A model generated the notes under the pieces. The model searched no databases and was not told the DNA's origin. It saw only the letters and a program-made list of their open reading frames with translations. Shown here one piece after another: positions 40,542 to 52,160 of a stretch of 64,000 nt of DNA. Positions within the stretch are counted from its first letter, which is position 1. Each line of letters begins with the position of its first letter. The position numbers and the translations under genes were made by a program. Source of the DNA: Hemiscyllium ocellatum (Eukaryota); assembly GCF_020745735.1 (NCBI RefSeq), contig NC_083406.1, positions 41,290,255-41,354,254 of the forward strand, given 5' to 3'.

Positions 40542-41839
40542 GGAAGAGGTACTGTCCCAGTACTGGCCTCTGGGGAACTTCACCATCAACCTTCTTCCAG
40601 GCTGAAAAATGTCCATCAACTCGGAGCCGGATACTTCTGCTTCCTTTGGGCATTCATGCAGATCTGAACATTTTCCATGATGTGATTATAACATCAACAT
40701 ATTAGGTGAGTGGTGGTGGGAGCAAAATCCACTGGTGGAATGGCTATTGTGTGTTCCTGAAGAGCTTATTGGTGCTGGTGGAAACACTCACAGTTCACCT
40801 GTCACAAATCATGCTGGAAATGTACTTGGACTTTGACTTGCTTTCATTGACTGAATTTTGAAACACAGTGAAAAATTGGCCAATTGTGGCTAATAAATAG
40901 AACCACTATGAATTCCAAGTGCTCCTGAGAGTTGAGTGGTCACATGTTAAAGCCAAAATGGTTGAAATAGAGATTTGTCAACTTCATGGTCCAATCAGTC
41001 CTGAACTTTCCACCTGAGCCAAAATCATTGTTGTTGGGACTTAGAGTAAACCACTGGATGTTCCAGTAGGGATTCCTTAGTTTGCTTGAGAGGAAAGCTT
41101 GCCCTTCTTACAGGTCCCATTGGAGGGAACTGCACTCTCTGAATCAGATGCTTCATGACACTTACTTTCCATTTACAAACATGCAAAAACATTGTGGGCA
41201 TCTGATATGTGGTGCACAGATAACACATTGTTTCAGAACTGACCACAAAATCCTGGTCATAACCACATTTACAAAACTTGACTTTCCTTCACTGGAGCTG
41301 TGGTTGCTATGTATAAAATTTCCCTGAGGAACTTTCGTCATTCAAGCGATAATATATGGCATCCTTAATGATTCCCTCAAGAATCTTTCATGTCACTAAC
41401 ATTTTTAAAAATTGGTCAATAGTTCCCTGGGCCTGACTTGCTTTTCTTTTTAAGCTGGAGACACTGTCAAATATGCTTACAGTTAATACAAAGTATCCTA
41501 GAATGTTGTTAGTTGTTAAAGATATGGACAAGAATTTCACACAACTTGTGCCTACTCCCTGAATACAATCAGTAAATAAGATCTGTTTTCTGCCTATATT
41601 GACAAGCCTAGTTTTATCATTGAAATCATTATCCAATCCTCATAACTGTCCATCAACTTCAATAAGGAAAATCAGTAGAAATTAACCAAATTCAATGAAC
41701 CTTTCATGATATGTCCATGAAAATCCTCAAATGGTTCAATACGATCTTTTGACAGTCCTCTATCTCTTCACAGAACTTGAAAATACTTTACCCATTGCTT
41801 CCACAATTGTTTACAATCCCCTTTATTTCCAAATAGCTA

Positions 41840-42520
41840 TTCCTTGTACTCAACTTGGGAATGTGATGGAATACTCCCATTTGCCTGGATAAGTTGCAGC
41901 TTCAACAATGTACAAGGTTTCCATCATATCGGGAAAGAAACAGTCTGCTTGATTAGCACCATGTATTCTGCCTCAGAGAAAGTAAAGACTTCAGATACTG
42001 GAGATCAGAGTCAAAAGTGTGATGCTGGAAAATCACAGCAGGTCAGACATCATCCAAGGAGCCTCAATAGGGCTTATGCCCGAAACATCGACTCTCCTGC
42101 TCCTTTAATGCTGCCGGACCTGCTGTGCTTTTCCAGCACCACACTTTTTGACTATATCTACAGGCACCTAATTCCTCCACCAATGATGATTACTAGCAGC
42201 AGCATTTGCCATCTACAAGGTGCACTGCAAAGAATTAGCAAAATCTTTTGACATCACCTTTGAAACCCACTCCCATTCAGAAGGCCACAGGCAGCAAATA
42301 TATGGAAATACTACCACCTGCAGGATACCCTCAAAGGTGCACACCATCCTGACTTTACTTACATTATCATTGGGTCAGATTCCCTCCCGAAGGGCATTTG
42401 GGTCTACCTAAAGCAAGAGAACTATAACTGTCAAGAAAATAGCTCACCACTATCTTCTCAAGGGAAATTAGGGATGATCAATAAATAACAGCATATCTGC
42501 CTTACCCATGCTCTATGATT
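41840..42520 (+). mobile_element. Second-family LINE 3' end containing an inverted PLE-derived insertion (about 41975-42152)
   Basis: gtgatggaatactcccatttgcctgg motif; insert arms 42009-42060 and 42101-42153 are reverse complements. Confidence 0.8.
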
Positions 42521-42582
42521 GCAAGTTTGTCTTATTTGTGTTTTAGAGTGTGGGCAATTATTGTTTGCATAATTATTTGTCT

Positions 42583-45500
42583 TTAGAACATAGAACATAG
42601 AACAATATAGCACAGAACAGACCCTTCGGCCCTCAATGTTGTGCCGAGCTGTGAACTTATCCAAGCCCATCACCCTACAGTATCCCATTATGATCCATGT
42701 GCTTATCCAAGAACTGTTTAAATGCCCCTAATGTGGCTGAGTTAATTACATTGGCAGGCAGGACATTCCACGCCCTTACCACTCTCTGAGTAAAGAACCT
42801 GTCTCTGACATCTGTCTTAAATCTATCATCCCTCAATTTGCAGCTATGCCCCCTCGTACAAGCCGATGTCATCAGCCTAGGAAAAAAGGCTCTCGCTGTC
42901 TACCCTATCTAACACTCTCATCATCTTGTATGTCTCTATTAAATCCCTTCTTAGCTTTCTTCTCTCCAATGAGAACAGACCCAAGTCCCTCAGCCTTTCC
43001 TCATAAGACCTTCCCTCCAGAATAGGCAACATCCTGGTAAATCTCATCTGCACCTTTTCCAATGCTTCCACATCCTTCCTGTAATGGGGAGACCAGAACT
43101 GTACACAATACTCCAAATGAGGCCGCAGAGTGTTTTGTACAGTTGCAGTATGATATCACAGCTCTGGAACTCAATCCCTGCACCAGTAAAACCTGACACA
43201 CCGCGTGCCTTCATAACAGCATGATCAACCTGGGTGGCAACTTTCAGGGATCTTTGTACATAGACACTAAGATCCCTCTGCACATCCACACTACCAAGAA
43301 TCTTTCCATTGACACAGTATTTTGCCTTCCTGTTATTCTTCTCAAAGTGAATCACTTCACATTTATCTGCATTGAACTCCATTTGCCACCTCTCAGCCCA
43401 ATTCTGCAGTTTATCCAAGTCCCCCTGCAACCTATAGCATTCTTCCACACTGTTCACCACGCCACCAATTTTCATGTCATCTGCAAACTTTCTAACCCAT
43501 CCACCTATCCCTGCGTCTAAGTCATTTATAAAAATGACAAACAGCAGTGATCCCAAGACAGATCCTTGTGGCACACCACTAGTAACCAGACTCTAGGCTG
43601 AATATTTCCAATCAACCACCACTCACTGCCTTCCTACAGAAAGCCAGTTTCTAATCCAAACTACTAAATCACCCTGAATTCCATGCCTCTGCATTTTCTC
43701 CAACAGCCTACCATGTGGAACCTTATCAAAGGCTTTACTGAAATCCATGCACACCATGTCAACTGTCCTATCCTCATCCACATGCTTGGTCACCTTCTCA
43801 AAAAACCCAATGACTTTTGTGAGACATGACCTGCCCTTCACGAAACCAAGCTGACTATCTCCAATCAAATTGTTGCTTGTTAGATGATTATAAATTTTAT
43901 CTCTTACAATCCGTTCCAAAGCTTTTCCTACAACAGAAGTAAGGCTCACTGGTCTATAGTTACCTGGGTCATCTATGCTGCCTTTCTTGCACAAGGGCAC
44001 AACATTTGCAATCCTCCAGTCCTCTGGTACTAAACCTGTAGACAATGATGACTCAAAGACCAAGGCCAAAGGCTTGATCATCTCCTCCCTATCTTTCCAG
44101 AGAATCCTTAGATAAATCTTATCGAGTCCAGGAAACTTTTCTATTTTCACATCTTCTAGAATTGTTAATACGTCATCCTTACTAACGTCAATCCTGTCTC
44201 GTCGAATAGCCCGTATCTCAGTCTTCTCCTCTACAATATTCTCCTTTTCCTGGGTGAAAACAGATGAAAACTATTTGTTTAGTACTTCTCCGATCTCCAT
44301 AGTGTCCACACACAGCTTCCCACTTCTGTCTTTGACTGGGCCTATTCCTACCCTAGTCATCCTTTTATTCCTCACATACCTATAGTAAGCTTTAGGGTTC
44401 TCCTTTATTCAATCTGCTAAAGACTGCTCATGTCCCCTCCTTGCTCTTTTTAACTCTCTCTTTAAATCCTTCCTAGCTAATCTGTAACTCTCCATCACCT
44501 TATCGGAATCTTCTCATCTCATCACCACATAAGCCTTCCTCTTCGACTTAACAAGAGATACAATTTCTTGAGTTAACTATGGTTTACTTACCTTATCACT
44601 TCCTTCCTGCCTGACAGGAACACATCTATCAAGGACATGCAATATCTGTTCATTAAACTAGCTCCACATTTCGATTGTCTTCATCCCCTGAATTTTGCTA
44701 TGACATTCTATGTCTCCTAAGTCTTGCTTGATTTCATAATAATTGCCCTTCTCCCATCTATACATCTTGGCCTGTGGCATGCACCTATCCCTTTCGGTTG
44801 CTAAACTAAATGTAACCGAATTATGGTCACTCTCTCGAAAGTGCTCACCTACCATTAAATCAAACACCTGGCCTGGTTCATTACCAAGTACCAGATCCAG
44901 TGTGGCCTCCCCTCTTGTCGGCTCTTCAACATGATGTGTCAGGAAACCCTCTGGCACATATTGGACAAAGACTGATCCATCTGACATACTAGAGTTATAG
45001 TATTTCCAGTCAATGTTGGGGAACAAAAAGTCCCCCATAATGACCACCCTGTTCCTTTCACTCCTACCCAGAATCACTTTGCCAATCCTCTCCTCCACAT
45101 CCCTGGAACTTTGCAGAAGCCTACAAAAAAGTCCCAGCAGTGTGACCTCTCCTCTCCTGTTTCTAACTTCAGCCCATACCATCTAAGTAGACCAGCCCTC
45201 CTCAAATGTTCTTTCAGCCATAGTTATACTGTCCTTGACTAACAAAGCCATACCTCTCCTCTTTTACCACCTTCCCTGGTCTTAATGAAAAATCTAAACC
45301 TTGGAACCTGCAAAGTCCATTCCTGACCCTGGCCTATCCATGACTCCGAAATGGCCACAACATCGGCCATTCCATGCTATCCATGGTACCTATCCATGCT
45401 GCAAGAACAACTACCTTATTCTGGATACACCTGGCTTTGAAGTAGACAAACATCAATCCGTTTGCTATCTGCCAGCATACGCCTGTAACTATGAAAGCCT

Positions 45501-45840
45501 GTCCATATCCTCCCTACTCACAACCTCCTGTGCGCTGGAACTACACTACAGTTTCCCATCTCCCTGCTGATCTAGTTTAAACCCACCCGAATAGCACTCG
45601 CAAATTTCCCACCCAGGATAATGGCACCCCTCTGGTTCAAGTGAATATCGTCCAGTTTGTAAAGGTCCCACTTTCCCCAGAATGAGCCCCAGTTATTCAT
45701 TATCCTGAAACCCTCCCTCTTGCACCATCCTGCAGCCACATGTTTAGCTGATATTGTTCCCTGTTCCTCACCTTGCATGGGTAACAAACCAGAGATAACA
45801 ACTCTGTTTGTTCTAGCTCTCAGCTTCCACCCTAGCTTTA
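42583..45840 (-). mobile_element. Near-full-length CR1 LINE: ORF1 esterase C-terminus, ORF2 APE endonuclease and RT, 3' (TTCTATG)n tail; decayed
   Basis: RVVISGLLP...DDIHLNQRG (SGNH esterase), VIMGDF..PNIDW...TLDLVL...SDHN (APE), PGNYRPVSLTS, DFSKAFDKVPH, PQGSVLG, FADD, EYCVQFWSPH; multiple frameshifts. Confidence 0.95.
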
Positions 45841-47274
45841 GGATATGACCAGTCAACCAACTAAAACTTTTCTTAATATACAAGAGATACAATTTCTTTT
45901 AATGTTAAGAAAATGCAATGAGATATCCTGAACATATCATATTTTCTGACTAGGGAAACAGAAAGGATAACCTGTAAAAGAAAACAATTCACAGTAATTC
46001 CAAGTTTGAGGTGCCATAGGGATACAATAGCAGTTTGTTGAGGAAAGGGTTAATTTAGAACAAGATGGTGGTATTTAACAGGCAACATGGTCTTCATGAC
46101 AGACGGATATGTGAGATAAGCTGGACATAAGGTCAAGTGGAACAATACATTTTTATGCCTCTAGGCTTAGCATGACATACAGCTTTTGATGAACTCAACA
46201 CAAGGTGTTTTCAGAGTTTTTTTTATTATTATGTTTTGCCAATATTTCTCTTACCTCAAGTTTTATTTCATTAAGACTTTGAGGCCACATATTTTGGGCT
46301 GAATTTTTACTCCCAAGGCAGGAATGCACAGTTGTAAATTTTCCCAAATCTATATATCTGATTTTGATAAAGAGCATGAAAATGGTCTCATTTTCACTCT
46401 GAGATTTAGAAGAGAGTTTAGCAAGTGGTAATTAGAGTTTGACTCACCTCTCCCATGTCTCATAACAACTTATGCCACCTCAAACCATCTCACCCACTCG
46501 CGTGAATGTTCATACCTCCATCTCAACTTAAGCCGCTCTATCCAACCACATGGCCCTTTGCATTATCCATGCCACCCAATGCTGTTACAACAACCCTTGG
46601 TCCTCAATGATCTATGCCAACTCACCGAATATCTACCATTGACAAGACTGTAGCAGCTATACTGAGATAAAATAAAATGACTTTCTAAATATCTATTACA
46701 AGATTCACTAAATTAATCCCAAATAAAATCAAACATTTGTTTTCATAGCTTCACATCAAAGAGAACAATTCCTTTATAACCATGAGGATCTGTAAATCTA
46801 GCAGCAACCTTGTGGTCCTTGTCCTCTCCAACACCACTGTTATAATGATCGGTACGAAAGTAGCATTAACATCTTCAAGCATATGCGAATCAGCATCCAT
46901 TGAAATTACAAGCATTGATTTTTCAACTGAGAGTCACTCTTTTTACAAGGGTAGAAAAAAATGACTGGACAGCTTACAGTTCGCCAGAGGTGGATTCTAT
47001 GCATTAATGTCTCCCACAAACAGTCATAACGGACTACTTAAATTTTTGAAAAAAGGAACTTAATCTCTTCCAGAGGTTATCTTGACCTGTCCAAAAACAT
47101 GCAGGAGCCCAAAGCATAAGAATCACTTTTCAGAAACTTGGGTGATGAAAATTGATTCTGAGCTGAGGCAGTTTCAATTTTAAATATCAAAATGCCCCTC
47201 TAAAATACCTCCTACCACTCCCACCAAGCCTGGGGAAAAGTACTAGGATTTTAAAAAAAATCACAAGATAAAGC

Positions 47275-47587
47275 TGTCACTGGCTACACCAGCATTTATT
47301 GCCCATTCCTAATTGCCAAAAGGGCAGTTGAGGGTAAATCACATTGATGTGGGTATAGAGTCCAGACCAGGGAAAAATGGCAGTTTCGTTCCAGAAGGGC
47401 ATTGGTGAATCAGATGTTTGGTTTTCCTGGCAATCAACAATGGGTTCATAGTCATCATTAGACTCTTAATTCCAGACTTTTGTTTTAAATTCAGATTCTT
47501 GGCAGAATTCAAACCCAGGTCACCAGAACATTACCTGTGTCTCTGTGTTAATAATTCAGCAATAATACCATAGGCCTCACCTCTCCA
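47275..47587 (-). mobile_element. tRNA-derived SINE sharing its 3' tail with the second LINE family
   Basis: ccagcatttattgcccattcctaattgcc tail plus B-box reverse complement ttcaaaccc; similar copy at 48990-49345. Confidence 0.7.
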
Positions 47588-49394
47588 TTCAGCTGGAGCG
47601 CTTCAGTTTTTCAACTCTAACATATTTCAGACAAGGCACAAAGCCCTTCCAACACAGTGATAATTTAGAGAATGACACTCTTGTATCAATGAAGGAAATG
47701 AAAAGGTGAATGCCATCAATAGGCATGTAAAACCTAATACAATGCTTAGAGCATCTCAAATACCTTGCAAAAGAGTGAAGTGAATAATAATCTGGCAATA
47801 AAGGAAATTGACGAGAGAAGGACTGTGAGCAGGGTTGAATAATGTACAGAAATGTGAGTAAAATATAGCTGTGAATCTGTATATATTTGACAAATAAGTC
47901 AAAATGGTCTCAATTTTCAGCTTTTGTGAGCCCACCATGGAACTTTACTCGTTGGGAGGCAAAATCAGGAAATTGTGTTCATACAAACAATGGTTTCTAT
48001 GCATTAAGTGAATGCATAAAAGATTCTGAGCTCCTTGACTAATTTTCTGATTTTTTTTTGGTGCAGCAAGGCTCTGTGGAACACACAGTTTAACATTTAT
48101 AAAGAAATCCTTAATATTTTTTCTCACTGTTAGTTGGTTACCTCTTGCTGTTACTTTGTTTTAATTCCACTTGTAAGATAAAACACCATGCTTTTCTCAC
48201 TGATGAATTTAGTATCTGTGACGATTTTAATGAAATCATATCATTTCAACTCATTTTATTTCCCGCTTTACAGGGGAGGAGTGCACTCTTTCTGATAAAA
48301 TAAAAACTAAATTAAATAGCTCTGCCATTAATGCAAATTAGTTGCAACTATTCTGCTTTTTTAAAATAAGTGTTGAATGTGTAGCTATAGAAACGCAACA
48401 GGCATTCAAAAGGTAAGACTGCTTATAAAAGTTAATCCTCTTTACCCCAAAGCATTGGTGAAGTATATAGGATGATGCTGTGTCAAGCAAGCAGCTATTG
48501 ATTGGCAATTAAACTGTGCAAGTATTTGCTCAAGAGTGTGTGAACCCTTTGATACAATTCTAATGATATTAATCATTTATTTATGCAAGAAAAAAATAAT
48601 GACCCCTTTAAAATAGCATACAGAAGAATATCATCAAAACATTTCAGATTGCTTGCATATATCAGTACACTGTCACCTTAAGTCAAAACATATTTTGGCA
48701 CACAGATAGTAAAGATCAGGAATGCTGAAAAAAAAACTTCTGTCAATTTGAAGGGACAGTGGAATATATTAAAAATATTCAAAGGGTTTAATTTTATTTA
48801 CAAAGCAGATTCACAAGATCGCACCACTCAAAATACTTTTTTCTCGTACTGATGGATTGGTTCTGTAGTTCAAATCTTTTACTAGTTTGGTAACATGTAA
48901 TTGAGTTAGCAATGCTCTCATCTATCAGTCAGAGAGCAGGTAAATTCAAATTTCCACTCCAGAACACAAAAAAAAGTCAGGACTGATTTTGCTTTACTCT
49001 TCAGTGAGATATGGCCTTCACTGACAAAACTGCTTGACCCTAATTGCCTTTGAATTAAGCTGCTTACTCAGACATTGTGGAGGGATTTTAAGAGTCAATC
49101 ATATTCCTGGGGAATTGGAGTCACATGTAGGCCAGACCAAGTGAGGATGGCAGATTTTTTATTTGCCCAAACCACAGAATAATTTTCATTGTTACTCAGA
49201 CTAGCTTTAAATTCCAGAATTGATAATTGAATTAAAATTCCACCAGTCGTTATGGGAGGATTTGAACCCCTGTCCTCCCCAAGGGATCAAGCCTGACCTG
49301 TTGAGTTACATGTTCATTGACAATACCACTACACTAGCTTTCCAGCAGTAGGCTTAAACGTTGCAACCTTTGGAATCATTTTAATCTGAAGCCT

Positions 49395-49406
49395 TGCGAC
49401 ACCCAT

Positions 49407-49447
<41 letters not shown>

Positions 49448-50330
49448 CCCTCTTTTCTTTAGTGGATTCAAAAGATTCCAAGAGACAATCACTTCCAAAA
49501 AGAGCAAGGGATTTATTATTCTTAATGTACTAAAATCCTGAATTACACAGCAAAATTTATATTACAATCTGCCTATGGATCAGTATTTTTTTTAAATAAG
49601 TGGACAAATTTGAGATCCAGGGGATTTAATAAAAGAATAAAGCCATGAGATTCCGTAAAACAACTAACAATAAACATTACTATAGAACATAGAACAGTGT
49701 TTCCATCAACAATGCATGTCCAACATAAAATTTATGACACAGAATTAACATACATTAAATATGGGTAATAGACTGTAAACAATTACCCACACCACACATC
49801 AAAATGTGATCAAGGCAGAATCATGTGAATTTCTCAACAATAACACCCTAATATTAACAACTAATCTCATTAAACTTCACAAGTGATCACAATTCTTTAC
49901 TTTTGCCAAGCTGATCTTGAAACTTTCTTAAGGACTGACTCAACAAATGATTGTTTTGGCTGACCATCCTTTTTTCTAGGTGCATGTTCTCCTGGATTCT
50001 GGAAACTGCACTCAAAACTCCATGCATAACTCCAAATCTTCATCAACAACTAGCCTCTGGACATTTTTTTGGAGCTGCAATCTTTTTCAATTGCATCCAG
50101 AAAATACTGCTCATAGGCTATCCAATCCTCTCTTCCAGAGGTACTGAGCAATTAATTATGGTGAGGTTTCTTTCCAGGACTCTCTCTCTCTCGCTCTCTC
50201 TCTCTCTCACACGCACACACACACACACACTTTGGAATAGTTAAATGTAACAAAGCCTTCAAACTCTCCATTCCTTAAATGGTACCATTTTCATAGAGTA
50301 CTGGCTTACTTCAACACATCTAACTCTTCC
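49395..50330 (-). mobile_element. LTR-like relic
   Basis: Begins tgcgac; minus-strand AATAAA near 49515; (CT)n(CA)n patch; layout mirrors the 15155 LTR; ends uncertain. Confidence 0.3.
49408..49446. repeat. Poly-C tract (about 39 nt)
   Basis: Directly visible. Confidence 0.95.
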
Positions 50331-51514
50331 GAAGCAAACAGGTTAACTATACTGAAGATTTATTTATAATTATTTTGAAAAACAACAAGTTCTTATTATA
50401 TATTCTAAGAAACAAATGACTATAAACTATGTGACTAAACATATAATTTAGAAACTTGCGCAGTTGTTTATCAAAATATGAAAGCTTATCTGAATCAAAG
50501 GAAAATACATGTAGCAAGTCTTCAGCAGGATTTAACATCAGCATTGCCATAACATTGCATTAGCATTTTCCTTGCACACTTCTTTTAATTCTGCAAACAA
50601 TGTTTCTGTTAAATCTCCAACTCAATTGTTATTTGTTTCATCAGAGACAGGGAAAATTCTATCTTTAAGTTCTTTTTAGAGTTCAGACATGGAATATTCT
50701 CATTTTTAGTCAATGACATCAAAACAGCTTCTTTATGTATCAACAATTCATTTACATTTTGATTTAAATCCCTTTTCATAGAATCATAGAATTGTACAGT
50801 ATAGAAAAGACCATTGAGTCCATTGAGTTTATATTGCCAAAGCTATATTAAATCTTCCCTACCACAATACCAGCTCAGGAAGTCCATTTGAAAAGCAACA
50901 TTGTTTATTGATCAACACCAAAACAGAGCCACTACTGTGGCATAGATTGGCTAGTTCCAGCCCAAGATAGACAGTGCTGCAAACATCCCTTTCTCTGCAC
51001 TTTTTTTAATATCCAGAAGTAGATGCTTTTCCACCATCAAATCACCATGATTTTTGTTTTGCTTTCAACCATCAACCGCCATCAGGGTAGATAATTTACA
51101 AGCAAAGCTCAATAAAATCATTCAAAGTCCAGAGATATGCAGGCTACTTGGGTAAGCCATGGTGAATGTGGGGTTACAGGAATAGGGCTGCTCTTCGGAG
51201 GGTCAGTGCAAACTTAATGGGTTAATTGTTCACTATTGCTTTTGTTTTTAACTCATAACCACCATCACCATTGCCCATGCAGCCAATTTGAAATTTACAT
51301 ACAGAGTTCATTACAGGCAGTGGAAGCCATGAAAAGTGAGGCAGGCGGGGTAGGGAGAGTAGGATGAGTCTGAATCAAAATGGATTTGGAGGGGGAAATA
51401 ATCTCAATGTCCATCTTTCTTTCAAGGAATCAAAAGCATTTATTTACACTGTGTGGTCCCATTCCAATGACAGCCAGGTACAAATGTCACTGTGCTCCAC
51501 AGCTAGATGGCTTT

Positions 51515-51810
51515 GGTGGGCGGCACGGTGGCACAGTGGTTAGCACTGCTGCCTCACAGCGCCAGAGACCCGGGTTCAATTTCCGACTCAGGCGACTGAC
51601 CGTGTGGAGTTTGCACATTCTCCCTGTGTCTGCGTGGGTTTCCTCCCACAGTCCAAAGATGTGCAGGTCAGGTGAATTGGCCATGCTAAATTGCCGGTAG
51701 TGTTAGGTAAAGAGGTAAATGTAGGGGTATGGGTGAGTTGCGCTTCGGCGGGTCGGTGTGGACTTGTTGGGCCAAAGGGCCTGTTTCCACACTGTAATTA
51801 ATCTAATTAG
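51515..51810 (+). mobile_element. HE1-type V-SINE
   Basis: ggtgggcggcacggtggcacagtggttagc...gggcctgtttccacactgtaattaatcta. Confidence 0.95.
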
Positions 51811-51899
51811 ACAGGTCATTGCTTGTTACTAAGGGAACTCATACCTACAAGCTCCATAGGGTGATTAATTAGTGATTCATCATAGACTTTGCCCAGCGT

Positions 51900-52160
51900 T
51901 TTCATACCTACTTTCATACTGGCCGATAACATTGAATGTTATGCCATTTCAAGTTTTCATCCACGTAAAGTTTAAAGTTATGGGGTTACCCACCTCACTT
52001 ACCCTTCCAGGCAGCCTATTCCAGATCCCCAACACCCTCTGGGTTAAAAATATTTTCATCAAATTTCCCCTAAGTGTCCTGCCTTTCACCATAAAATTGT
52101 ATACCATTGTTACTGACCTTTCAGCTCAGGGGCACAGTTACTTTCTATCCACTACTTCTG
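51900..52160 (-). mobile_element. Old CR1 3' fragment
   Basis: ggcagcctattccagatccccaacaccctctgggttaaaaa (FFTQRV on minus strand). Confidence 0.65.

Noticed and set aside
40700-41760. Very old Gypsy- or CR1-like motifs on the minus strand (also 52160-53000 and 59340-59600)
   Set aside because: Isolated weak resemblances; boundaries and family cannot be supported by eye
51515-51590. tRNA gene
   Set aside because: tRNA-derived head of an HE1 SINE, continuous with the SINE body
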